NCBI GenBank assembly: GCA_964035545.1
Contig: OZ037770.1
Span: 2,698,662 to 2,762,661 of the forward strand
Direction: 5' to 3'
Length of the DNA: 64,000 nucleotides
Origin: Bugula neritina
Taxonomy: Eukaryota; Animalia; Bryozoa
The notes below the pieces were generated by a model that did not search any database, was not told the origin of the DNA, and saw only the letters and a list, made by a program, of their open reading frames with translations. The position numbers and the translations under genes are program-made. Positions 23,759 to 36,830 of this stretch are shown one piece after another. How positions within the stretch are numbered: position 1 is the first letter of the stretch; each line of letters begins with the position of its first letter.

Positions 23759-25809
23759 TAAGAGTTTTCGGTATACAGATTCAGACTGTGTTGATGATGC
23801 AACAGATTACAATTTCAAACCTTCTCCGCTTGAACTTGATTCTTAAATTGAAAAACTAGACAGAGATGTATTGTATGCTGTAAACGAGCAATACTACTTT
23901 GTGTGAAAATATAATTACAGAAACATTTTAAGGTAAATAAGCTTAGATAATAAATATATTGAATTTGTAAAGCTTACAACAGAGCATGTAAGATTGTTCA
24001 TATATAAATTTTTAAATGAACACATGTCTTGGTTGATTGAAAATGTAATTACATGTATTCTCACAAAGAATATCAAAGAGAACAGAACAATTTAAGAGCA
24101 ACATAGAAAGTACTTCACGAACTGGCTGCTCTTCTTTAAATATGCTTTAATCAATGGTTTTTGTTCTAATCTCTTTCTGTAGAAAGGAAACATAGAAAGC
24201 ATCTCACAAACTGAATTTTCTGTTTCAACTGTGCTTAAATCAATAATATTCGTTTTAGTGTCATCCCATGAAAATAGAACACACATACACTAGTCATTTT
24301 CATGCACATTTTGTCATGATATATATGGTGTTACATTTTATTTTCTTTCTGCATGTAGCAAATGTAATACAATGTTTTTTTTAAGCTTGCCATAGATGAT
24401 GCTCAATCTTTAAGTGTGTGTGTGTGCCCGTGTGTGTGTGCGCGTGTGTGTGCATGTAGAATAGCCAGAAACTAGAAAATGTCACTAAAGGTATAAGCAG
24501 AAAGATATGTTGGAGTTATCTTCCCAGCAGGCAGGATTCACGTACTCTGTACCTGCCGTCCACTAGCTGAGCTGAAACATAGACTAAACTGATGGATATT
24601 CATTGTTTGCATCACAATTAGAAGATTATGTAGTTTAGGAAATAACAAAATATATCCATCTTCAATGTTTGACAATTAAGCATGACAGCTGTCAATGAAG
24701 CATATAAACCAGTGACGAAATAATTGTATTTTCACAAACATATTTTATTAAAAACTTGCTGACTGCATATGTTAACAACAGTATGGATAAAAATATTAAT
24801 TTAATATCAACATCAATTATTAGGCAATACAATTCTTGCAAAATAAAGTTATTATATAAGGTACATATAGTGCGAATCTAATTGAAAATTATATTATGGG
24901 TTCTTTTGTTGATTAGCTGATCAAAAACAAACTCTTATATAGCTAATTTAATCTTTACAGCAGCTTATTGCATATCTCCTTAGTTTACAGCTGTTATATG
25001 TATAGTTCTCAGTCTATCACACTAAAACACAGTGTCTTTGTCTTGCACAGCAACGTCTACCACATCCATCCACTCTAACCAACACATTCTCCCTTCAGCT
25101 CATATACCTCTAGATAACAAACTCTAGAATCAAGTGCTTTATGACAAACAGACAGACTAAAGTAACATCACAGTGACTAACAGAAGTATACTATATGTAT
25201 ATTATATTGTTTATACTTACTTGTGCCAGACCTATAGTATACAACCATGATATATGATTTGACTAATAAGTAGTAATGTAAGTACTATGTTCAATATTAC
25301 ACTGCAGCTACATTATATAATAAATCTCAATTGATAATTATAATTAATTAGCTGCAAATTTGACATAATAATACAAATATAATATTTCAAATAGCATGTA
25401 TTTGGAAAAATTCTTATTAACTAAATTAGACAATGTACTAAGCTAGTTGTGTTGCAGATAAAAATGTTCATCAGTTTTGTTATGCTCACTGATGAAATTT
25501 TTAGTTGCTTTTCTGTTTGCTTCACATTAAGTGACAACATGGAGGGAAGAAACTAAACATAGAAATTTTGTAGGCATCGCTAAGTTAATTAAACATATAA
25601 ACTCTAATCAATATAAAGTATATAATGTACTACTTGCGTGCATTAAAAATATATTATTTAAATGCTGAAGATGTGCATGTATTGCATTTTAAGAGAATCG
25701 GAGTTGTTTTCTCTACTTTATAGCATGTAGTTTGTTCAAATGAAATGTAATCTAATTAAGTATCACGTGCATAATAATATGGATATTAGTTGTTGGTGTA
25801 AGTTAAGTA

Positions 25810-27780
25810 GACGTCGTTGAAAAGCCGGAAAAACTAATTCAAAGTTGTTGCGCCCAATGTGATTAGTAAGTATTTAATACGTTTTCTATAACCTATACGG
25901 ATTATATTATATGCTAATAAATCTGAAAGCTGGGCCACGGGGCACCATTGGCATAGGAATTTGTTCACTTTGCTGTCTATCAAGCTGACGTTCACCCTTG
26001 TTTGGCTGCACTCGCTGTTGATTGCTGCCCATGGCTCTAAGAAAACCTACTCGAACTATTTATGGCGAAGAACTGTAAGTGTAAGTTATGTTATTTGCTG
26101 AACTCTTTTTATTGTATAAGTATTTTTATAAATAACTTTAATTATTATTAACTCAACTGACAGTGACAACTGTAAAACTAAACCAGTAAATCATTACATT
26201 TTGATTTTGATTTAGTTTTACTAAAAGTAATAGTAATACTAATAGTAATAGACAATATTTATAATTATTAGTCTAATTAGACTAATACTAATAGTTATAG
26301 TATTACTATTACTATTACAGTATAAGTATTGCTATTAGTATTAGTATTACTTGTAGTTGTACTACTTTATCAATACGCAATAGTAATACTAATACTAATA
26401 GAGTAATACCAATAACTATAACTATAAGTAATAATTATATTAATTATTAATATTATTTCAATTTAAAATACTGAAAATAGTGAGAACTGGGAAGCGTCTA
26501 ATTCTAACGGAGAAATTCTGCCTATTCTGCCTACTCCTAGCGTCTAACCAGTGACTGGATGAGTGGATGACACCAATTTGAATTTGTATAATTAGTGGTA
26601 GCCTGTACTAGGTCTAGTGTAGCAAAAGAAGTTAGTGTTACGTTCCAGTCCTTAAAATAGTTTCAGACTCATTATGATTATCAAACCAAAATTCACGAAA
26701 TGCTAGTTTTATTTTCGATATAATTATAATTAAACCTAAATTAGGATTTAATTTTGAATTGATAAATCCATATTTTAGTTATACTGATAGTTGTAGTGAT
26801 ACTATAATACTAGTAATAGTAGTAGTTTGTAATTGTTTCACTTTCATCTCCCATAATTTTAAAATGATTTTGCTTGTATTCCTTGTAACATTATGATTGT
26901 GGCGCAGTCTCAAGATTGCTCTAGGAAAAACTTGTAGTATAAATCAGAGCAGACTTGTTTGCGAAAGGAGCAAGCAAACATTTCCTTTATCAATTAATAT
27001 TACCTTGTACACTGTATAAGTAAATATTCTAATAGTTCTCACTTGGTAATCAAGTAGGTACATAGCATTAAAAGTATTGGTATCAGTATTCAACTTTGAA
27101 TTTCTCTCTGGCAGATGGAAGTTGTTAGTCTTTATCTTGAGTGGCCATTGTTTTATTAGTGCTAGCTAGTTGCTAAGTTATAGTTGCTTCTTTCTCTATT
27201 AGCATTCCTCTTTTTAGTAATCAGCAGTCTAAAATATTTGCCTTCTCCAACCTAGCACAGCATGTGATTAATATTGGCTGTGGGAATTGGCAATACTTTG
27301 GTTTTAGTTGTACTGTAGTGTAATGTAGAAAATTCTGGTCACAATTCTTCAACAAATTTCCACCTTATGTCATTGATGGTTTAGAATTGTTCAATCTAGC
27401 TGGAAATTTTTGCCGCAAATAAAAGTGGCATATAACTCTAAGTGCTGTGAAACATGTTGAATATTATATCAGTGTTTATTTTCACTCGCTAATCAACGCG
27501 GCTATTCTGTCAGGTATGGCAACTGAAGCAGTGGATGAGAGCCTCTCCAACAAGATGGCAGCCAGGGAGTGGAACAACTGACTAACAGCCAACAGAATAG
27601 AAAGGTTCCAATATTTGTGAGTTTTACTAACTAGTTACTAGTAACACATTCCTTACCCTGTGGCCATCATACATATTCAAGGGTGCAAATTGCCAGCTGT
27701 AATTTCGTTTCTACAGGTTGTAGTTGCTGTCTCTTGACACTTTGTGTTTGAAGCTGTTCTATATTTCTAGAATAAAGATG
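25810..27780 (+). ncRNA. Candidate 4-exon spliced transcript without a long ORF (lncRNA-like)
   Basis: Donor at 25866; exons 25930-26074, 27514-27616 and 27717 onward, with GT-AG sites; GCTAAT branch motifs before exons 2 and 3; AATAAA at 27771. Confidence 0.3.
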
Positions 27781-28459
27781 TTGCCATCCAGTTTAAAGAA
27801 TTATCCACAGCTTGCTTAGAGGACAGGAAGTACTCTGCATGACTGTGACTAAGTATTTGGTGGAAGTGGTAACTTGAATTACTCTATACTGTAAAATATC
27901 CTCTGTAAGTTAGTTACTAGGCGGTGTCATTCACACTGAAGTTGATCCTGTGTCTTGCGTCAAAATGTCACTCTGACACTCATAATATTGCTACTCATAC
28001 TCACTGTAACTCATACTGTTAGTCTTACTCGTACTCATACTCTCACACTGTTACTCATACTAATGAAATACAATGTTGACTCTCTTTATATAATATATAA
28101 AGTATTTTATTTACTCTGATAAAGTGACACAAAGCTTTACGTTATGTCAACTGACTATATTTCATGATATTAGTTTTATTTAATTAAGCATACAATTCAC
28201 ATGCTGAAAGCTTTTTCTTTTCTATTCCATCTGCTCAAGTGCTGAAGAATATCAGTGTAGCAGTGTGGTGTAATGCAGACTGGAATATCTTATAGGTGTT
28301 CCATTATATTACAAATTGCTTTCTAATACTAGTTCGGTGAACCCTACAATTATACATTACTGTTGACACTTACTGAAGCTAAACTATCCTTCAAATCCCT
28401 GTTTGTTCTCTTATTGTCTGCCGATGAATAAAATTTCACTGATGCTTCTTACAACTTAC

Positions 28460-29121
28460 TTGAACGATTTATTGGCATCCATGTACCAATCATAATACTT
28501 CCACCATTTCCATGTTGAAGCTTCAGTGGGAGCAGCTCCACTAATGAGTTTGCTGTTATAGGCTCTCCAACAAGACATGTATGAATCTTGTAAATTCGCC
28601 CACTTCTTCTTACACTCATCCCTTCAAATATATACTTAAATTTCAATAAATATTACAACTATTACTATTAGTAATAACTATTACTATAATTTTTAGTAAT
28701 ATAACTGTGCTAGTTTTAGTTTACCTAATGGCTAATAATTACAAGGTTGGGTAGCTCTTAGTTTCATACTCATAGTTATTTATTTTTTTTCATTGACAAA
28801 CGCCAACGGTAGCATAGCAAGCAACCATTGTCACCCGGTGATTAAAAATATCCCTTTGGTTATTATTAAGAAAGAAGTCTGCGAGTATGACTATGAGTAT
28901 GATAATGATGAAGTAATGATCATGATGATAATCATTATCATAATGACAATTTCATTCTTACCAATCCACTCCTTTGCAGTTTTTTCAGACATAACTCTCG
29001 CAACATCAACCCAGTTGTTACTTTTTACAGTTCGGGTGTCCTTGTAATCACCGTGAGATTTATCCCACAGGCATCTCCTAGATCTACCTTCATTGATGAG
29101 AATCTCTTGCTAGTCATTCAT
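28460..29121 (-). pseudogene. MADF (Myb/SANT-like) domain gene, probably PIF/Harbinger ORF2, disrupted
   Basis: Exon 29121-28962 reads MND*QEILINEGRSRRCLWDKSHGDYKDTRTVKSNNWVDVA; exon ~28621-28460 reads DECKKKWANLQDSY...SGAAPTEASTWKWW, the MADF pattern. Stop at codon 4 and a 1-nt phase mismatch between exons. Harbinger-like end GTGTGGCCAGGCCT|TTA at ~29325. Confidence 0.75.
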
Positions 29122-30515
29122 TTTGATTTTGAAAATTGAAAAACAACGCACCAGGAAACAGAAAACAAAAAATGGTACTGTGATTGTGATTTTTCGTCCA
29201 TCGTCATCGTTGTGTACATCCAACGATGACGATTTCGTTTGAATTCCCTCAAATTTTTTCGTGCAAATGTTTTTCGTGTCACATAGACGATTTCGTGTGA
29301 TTCTCACGATCGTGTGGCCAGGCCTTTACTATGTCTTTGTTATCTGAATTTTTCTGGACACCCTATAGGGCAAGATGAAAAAGGATAAATATAAAAAGCT
29401 ATATTTGTATCATAGTGTACTAACCAGCTAATATCGGGTCAATTTTTGTAGCAAACTCTGAATCTGATAATCAATTTACTGGGTTATTAAAGTCTTCAAG
29501 ATTTTCTGTAAGCTAAGGTTTTTCTAGCAGTCCGTCTTTGTTTGCTAATGGATTTGCGTTTTACTAGTATCATGGATAAATATCAACCCTAATTAATATC
29601 AGGGATCGATTTTAAACTATGCCGCTTGATCAACAAAGCTTGAATATGTTTACTTTTTCAAAGTTTCTAGTATGCTATTGTTTTTATTGCAATTCTGGCA
29701 CGGAAACCATTTGGAACACGAAACATTCGTTTGAAGGAATAGTTGCATTTTCTGCATTGTTTAGGTTCAGTCTAACAGAATATTTTGTCATCACAATTTT
29801 GCTTTATTCATTAGTAATTTATTTGGAGTGTGATAGCTAACAAATATAAATATATAGTTTCACTTAACATAGAAATAATATATAATATTTGAGTTTATAT
29901 ATAATAATGTATTTATCAACATTTTACTGTGGTTACACTATTGGTTTCCGGCAAAATCATAATTACAGCGTAATGTTATTTTGTCACTTTCACCAGTTGT
30001 AAATTTTGTATCCCCCCCTTCCGACCTTTTAGTTGAGTACTTTCAAAAACTGCTGACCAGTAGGAATGTTGTTTTTAATTCCTTTGGTTTGAAACTTGCT
30101 TTCACACTTTGACCAGCAGTAATGGATTTTAATAATTTGCATTGCAGATCCATCACCAATGAATTATTCCTTTAACAATCCTGGAATACGCCAATTAAAG
30201 TCTTTCTGCTGCTTGCAACACTTGGCATGTCTTAATTTTTCCCCCATTTTCTCCCGTCATCTCTCAACAACACAGTTTTAGTGATATAGAGAGAAGTAAG
30301 GCCTTGAAGCCCAAACCACTCACTGTACTCTTAAAAAGCCTTCTTTTGAGTTCTGATTTCACCAAATTTTCTAAGCTACCATTGGGAGCTGTATTGGCTA
30401 ATTTAGTATACAGTATATTGAAAAGTATCCCTAGGAACGTAAACTTCTGTAAAATCGTAATATAATTGTAACATCCTAAGCTTCACATTCCAGTAATTGC
30501 CAATCACAGTAAATA

Positions 30516-30620
30516 TTACAAGCGGATTTCATATTTTACTCCATAGTGAGACTTGGCATTAGATCGTTTCATGGTTGTTACTGTACTGATGCATTCAAGA
30601 CAAAGCATCTTCTGCAGGAA
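30516..30620 (-). mobile_element. hAT (SPIN/GTF2IRD2-like) transposase N-terminal remnant
   Basis: MLCLECISTVTTMKRSNAKSHY resembles the CLxC...K.xN.KRHY zinc-finger-like motif of these transposases. Confidence 0.45.
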
Positions 30621-31056
30621 TTCTATCCAAGCATCATTTACTGCCTGTTCTGCTCTGCAGTTCTTGCTAGTTTGCTCATGCTCTGCAGTTCTTGCTAGTT
30701 TGCTCACCACTCAGCTACTAATCAACTAATATTAATAGACAGCTAATGATCAATCAATAAGGTCACATTTACCAACTCAAAAGGCTGTAGGTTTAGTGTG
30801 GCTGTAATAGAGGTACTGAGGCTACACCTACTGACTGTTTGTAGAGAAAGCGAGACTTCTACAGGTTTTGATTATGATGTGTTTTTAGCTAACTTATCCA
30901 TCCTGCTGTAACGGCTGCCATTCACCTATTTAGCTCTACATCACTCCATGATGTACTTTACAAAGTAATCCACAATTTGTCCCTGCAATGTTTCATAAAA
31001 AGTCCACTCTTGTCATCGACGAGTTGAAAAGAAGACTAAACAATTTGGAAAAGCAC

Positions 31057-31450
31057 TTATTCTTCTACTTGTGGGGTGCGTAATTCACCAGGGGCTCTCT
31101 GCAATATATTCCGATAGCCAAGAAACAGTTTCACACTTTTTATATAATTGGATTTTGTCATATAGAACACAGTACCCCTCAGTCTGTTCATACGAGAATT
31201 GCTTTGCTCCACAACTTGTTTGTTGATACTTGCCATTCCCGGGTAAAGTCTGGTGTTGTATGCATCTGAGCTACCTTTAAATACACCATCCAAACTATAA
31301 ATAAAACTTGGTTACGTGCTGAATAGTAAAAAGCTGATTTTTAATTTGTAATTACAAGATAGTCCTCTCACCAAACTGTTTTTTTTTCAGTGAACATCGA
31401 AACTGGGTGCTTTAAAAGAAACAGGATCTCTGTTAGGGGAGGTACAACAT
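31057..31450 (-). mobile_element. KDZ (Kyakuja-Dileera-Zisupton)-like transposase C-terminal remnant
   Basis: NRDPVSFK, then YNTRLYPGMASINKQVVEQSNSRMNRLRGTVFYM; resembles the NREP.FF...N.Q..EQ.NS.L..L.....YM end of KDZ-type transposases. Confidence 0.55.
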
Positions 31451-31616
31451 ACCAGCAATGTTTTTCAATAACATAAGCCAAGAATAGCACTAAAATAAAA
31501 TAATATGCAGTACATTGTTCCCTTTGGAAATGGAGTCCTAAAAATTATAAAAGCTGTGTAAGTGATTCTACTTCATCTAAAACTTGAAATTTATAGCAAT
31601 TACTTAAAAAAACCAA

Positions 31617-34600
31617 TTAAAGCATTTTTAGAAAGCTGTACATTGTCGGCAACGTAGTTCCCACACCTACAAAAATGTGGCAGCATTGGTAGACAACAGG
31701 ATGTGGTTTCTCTGCTGGACTTGTGTTGCGACAGTGAATGTTATTAGATGCTTGCAAAAAAATTTTTAAATTGGAAGTCTTCTTTGCACATCCTTGTTTC
31801 GAAACTAAAAAGCATATGTATCGTCCAGCATCTTCTGCTATGACATCATACAAGCGTAGCGATGGACTGTCAGGTTGAAGATCATATAATCATTCTCTCT
31901 GAAATTTGTGACGTAACATATATTGGCCAGCATCATCTTTGCTGATGAATTTTTCTTGATGGTAATTTTGGATTCAATAATAAAGTCTCACGAGAAGGAT
32001 ATTCGACCATCAGGTTGAAAATCATGTAGTCATTCATCTGAAGTTAGATACATAGTACATATACTGTTGCTGGAGCACACTGTTTCAGTTACTGTGATTT
32101 TTAATAATCTGACAGGTTTCCTGTAAATTGGTTTTCTTCAGTTACTGTCAACAATTTGACAAAAAATACATTCGCAATATAAACAAAGAAAGGATATTTT
32201 ATTTTTTCACATTTCTATAAGTTGTTTCAGCAAAATTTTTTAAATTATCTTCGTCTAATAATACTCCGTACCTACCATAACACCTAAAATAAACACCACA
32301 TATTATAATATAGCTCCACTCAACACGGAAATAATATGTAATATAAAATAATATATCATTGTATACACGTTTTCTATCAGTAGGCTATAGACTTTATTAT
32401 TCTCCGTGACTGTATTGGAACATTTTGGTTAAGTATGTTGAAAGGTATCGAGTAATAGTGTAATAGTTAACATACTTTCTTATTTAATTAGCTCAATTTC
32501 TCACAACAGCTGTCATTCATATAGCTGAAGATGCACTGATTCTCCGTTTACAACTGCATTTAACCACCTAATGTCTTCTTAATTTTTTATCGACATAGCA
32601 ATTTAGCAATTTGGATTTTTCATTTTTACTATAAGATTTAATAGGCTTTTCCACTATTTTTGACAATACATTTGCCAATGTTGGCTCTTTTTTCATGAAG
32701 AATTGGCCCCTGCATTAGAAATTGAAGATTTATATACTTTCCACTCCCCTACAAATTCAACTGAACTTATGAAGAATTTTTCAAAAATATTTATATGTAC
32801 TCGTAGTTATATTTTTGTGGTTAATTGGCCGTTTGGATTCGGTTACAATCCCATCCCTCTCCCACAGCTAGGTTGAGGATTTTTTGCTGATGTGTTTGCT
32901 CTGCTAAACCTGTGTTGTGACTTTAGTAGTTTTAAATTTTGTCAAAGACTTCAAAAAAAGTGGGATAGTTTTCTGTTCACCCGCATCCTACAAAAGTTGC
33001 AAAATATGGATTGTGCCTGAATCTGGAAACCTGTTGTAAGGTATTGGTGAGGTTTTCATAATATACAAAACAGCATGTTTAGGTAATTTTGAAGCCTTTT
33101 TATAACAGTTCATGCACTAGACCCCTAACATAAAAGCTGGCTTCCTAGTCAATAATGTTATTTAAAACTCTTTTAATGTCATGGTAATAAATGTCAAATC
33201 AATAAAGGCATTCATGCTCCGTATTCACATGCTTTTCACAACGCCCTAAAGTACAACACATAACCAGTTTCCACATCAATCACGACACCAACCCCATGAT
33301 GAGATGGTTATACCCTCTTCTACCACATTTCATCAAAACTTACAGTCACATTCAAAATATCATCCACCATAAGCCTTTCTCACAGATGCACAAACTGACA
33401 CCCATAGCCTTTTGGCAATTTGAAAAAAAGTGTGCGGCCCAAGGAGTGAAATTTTTCTCTACTTCTAAGTGCGTTATGCCTTGAAATCTGTTGAGCTTAT
33501 CAGAAGTGATCCCTCTTCCTTTATACGCCAAAACTGCTTCTTTACTTGTTGGTACTGGTTCAGATTTAGGTTCAGTTTCAAGTTCTATTTCAGGTCCACA
33601 ATCATTACATATACATACATATTTAATATAAAAACCCTACTTGTATTTAGTATTGGGCGTATTTTAAACAAAAAGATTAAAACATTGAGAGCAAAAAAGT
33701 TTGAATAAAAAGCTGTTCAAAGAGCTTATTTTAAAATTAAGCATGCAGGACAATTTTCAAAAGCAGAAGCACTCATCAGCCACATTAGAATCCCACCTAG
33801 ATGAATTTTTAGCTTACACTATAATTAGAAACATTAGAACTAGATGCAACCCCCACTACATATAGCACAACTGCTACTAGCCACAGTTTGAGTTATATTC
33901 ATAATTCTGCAGACTGCGATTAATTTGAAATTGAATCACTTAGTGTATTTTTCTTTTTAAAATTAACTGATCTAGCAGCTTTGGTTGTCTTCTTCCTTCT
34001 ATAATTTCTATTAGTGGTAGTTGTTGGTATAATTGGCAATATTTATGTGGGTTTTCGCAGACTTCCTGGGGAGTAGTTATTATATGCTACCTAAAGTATT
34101 ATGAACTAATTTATAAAAATATAGTTTCACAAAGGATTAATTTGGTGTATCAAATTGGCTGCGCGAGGTATATTGTGTTATAGCACACATTCTTTACATT
34201 ATTTTGATTTTTTTTAATAATCTGACAGGTTACCTGTAAATTGGTTTTCTTCAGTTACTTTATTCAATGTTGTCAAACTAAAATGTTATGTTGTGTTAGG
34301 AATAAGGCTATTGGGGATGTCGCTGTTTTTTTTCAATGAAGTCTCATGAGAAGGATCTTTGACCATCAGGTTGAAATTCATGTAGTCATTCATCTGAAGT
34401 TGGACACGTAGCACATATACTGTTGCCAGAGCACACTGTTTCAGTTTATCATATCTATCTTAAGGTCACACAAAGGGCTTTTGCCTGTATCCTGAGTACA
34501 ACTATGCATTTTTTGCACTTGCACATACAAAGTTATTATAGATAAAAATGAGTCATAATGTTAAGTTAATATCACCACCACCACCACAATATAGCAACTG

Positions 34601-36830
34601 CAGCTATGCCAACGACCATCATGGTAATTTTTTCGACTAAAATTGTCAAGATATCTGTTTGCTAAGTCTCTTAAGCTTCCTATCCACTTGGTCTATTTGT
34701 GTATGCGTTAGCTTGAAGATCATATAATCATTTTCTCTGAAATTTGTGACGTAGCAGATATACTGGCCAGCATCTTTTTCTTTGCAGAGGAAATTTTCTT
34801 GATGGTATTTTTGGATTCAATAATGACGTCTCACGAGAAGGATATTCGACCATCAGATTGAAAATTATGTAGTCATTCATCTGAAGTTAGATACATAGCA
34901 CATATACTGTTGCCAGAGCACACTGTTTCAGTTATTGTGATTTTCTAATAATCTGACAGAATACCTGTAAATTGGTTTTCTTCAGTTACTTGATTCAATG
35001 TTGTCATACTAAAATGTTATGTTGTGTTAAGAATATAGCTATTAGGGGTATCACCGTTTTTCTTAAACTACCATATTGCTTCGCTTGTTTAAAGGATCAA
35101 AAGGATTGCCCACTAATGGAGTACATGCTCAAGGCTTGGTGTGCACTTCTGAGATATTTTGCATGCTTATAATAAAAATGCAAAAACTCTTGACAATTTT
35201 ACATGGTGACAAAGATTTCGATTAAAATTATTTGGTGTTGGGTGCCAGGTTAGTAGAATGTCGTGCATTCCATTTTTTGTCTTTTGAAAATTAGAATATT
35301 TTTCAACATTTCTTTTGAATATTATAATTGGCAGACCCTAAAAGGTTCTGTAAGCAGTGTAATAAAAGGCTGCTATGATTATCTATTCTCTCCCACTTGC
35401 AATATATACTAGTGAGAGATGCTGAGCTATCCTATATCTGTTGACTGTTGATAGAGCTGAACAGCTCGCATTCATGGACTCATGATATTAATAATATGTT
35501 ATGTCAGAAATAATAGAGTTTTGTGGTTAATCATTTTAGTGTTTAATGTTGCATCAGGATTTCATCAGTCGTGACCATCTGCTTTGTATTGTGCCAAAAT
35601 TCTTTGCAACACATTAACATAACTATTAAGACAAAATAGTCGTCTTGGAGACTGACAAGAGAGAGGAAAACGGCTGACCTTTACTTCTGTCCTAATTTTG
35701 AATATTATATTCAGCCGGCCCTATAAGGTTCTTCCACTTGCAATATAGAGTAGTGAGAGATGCTGAGCTATTCTATAGCTGTTTACTGTAGATAGAACTC
35801 AACAGCTCGCATTCATGAACTCGTGATAATAATACGTTATGTCAGAAATAATACAGAGTTTTGCTGGTTGGTAATATTAGTGTTAATGTACTGATTTCAT
35901 CAGTCGTAACCATTTCCTTTGGATTGTGGCAAAGAAATTTGCAACAAATTGCCATAATGATGAAGATTAAGAAAAAATGGTCGCCTTGGAGGCTGACGGG
36001 GCAGGAATACGACTGCCCTCTATTTCTGTTTTTTTTAAATAAGTGGGCGTTGGCCCTTCCGTGATTAAACAGGGAGGTTGAGAACCCGCAGGCCAGTCTA
36101 TTTGGAATGTCACTGTTTTTCTTAGACTACCATATTGCTTCGATTGTTTAAAGGATCAAAAGGGTTGCTGACTAATGTAGAACATGCTCAAGGCTTGGTG
36201 TACACTTCTGAGATATTTGCATGCTTATAATAAAAATGCGAAAAACTCTGCCTTTCAATCTTGACAATTTTACATTGTGACAAAGATTCCGATTAAAATT
36301 ATTTGGTGTTTGGTGCATTCCATTTTTTGTCTTTTGAAAATTAGAATATTTTTCAACATTTCTTTTGAATATTATATTTGGCAGACCCTAAAAGGTTCTG
36401 TAAGCAGTGTAATAAAAGGCTGCTATGATTATCTATTCTCTCCCATTTGCAATATATACTAGTGAGAGATACTGAGCTATCCTATACCTGTTGACTGTTG
36501 ATAGAGCCTGAACAGCTCGCATTCATGGACTCATGATATTAATATGTTATGTCAGAAATAATAGAGTTTTGATGGTTAATCATTTTAGTGTTTAATGTTA
36601 CATCAGGATTTCATCAGTCGTGACCATCTGCTTTGTATTGTGCCAAAATTCTTTGCAACACATTAACATAACTATCAAGACAAAATAGTCGCCTTGGAGA
36701 CTGACAAGGGAGAGGAAAACGGCTGACCTTTACTTCTGTCCTAATTTTGAATATTATATTCAGCCGGCCCTATAAGGTTCTTCCATTTGCAATATAGAGT
36801 AGTGAGAGATGCTGAGCTATTCTATAGCTG
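31617..36830 (-). pseudogene. Decayed multi-immunoglobulin-domain gene with internal duplications
   Basis: Repeated Ig motifs: EDAGRYICFLVSKQG (~31790-31835), EKDAGQYICYVTNFRENDYMIFKL (~34710-34780), QYMCYVSNF, CTPLVGNP..W.FKK, HCLQNLLGSANYNIQ. Blocks 31874-32146/34712-34990 and 35050-35780/36110-36835 are duplicates. Many stops and frameshifts. Confidence 0.6.
33225..33370 (-). mobile_element. Mutator-like transposase remnant
   Basis: DILNVTVSFDEMW*KRV*PSHHGVGVVIDVETGYVL matches the VSFDGTW.KRG..S..G.G..ID..TG.VLD motif; several stops. Confidence 0.75.

Noticed and set aside
33745-33780. Hammerhead ribozyme core (CTGATGA...GAAA) on the minus strand
   Set aside because: Stem II and flanking stems do not form convincingly; the other CTGATGA hits I checked also lacked the core geometry.
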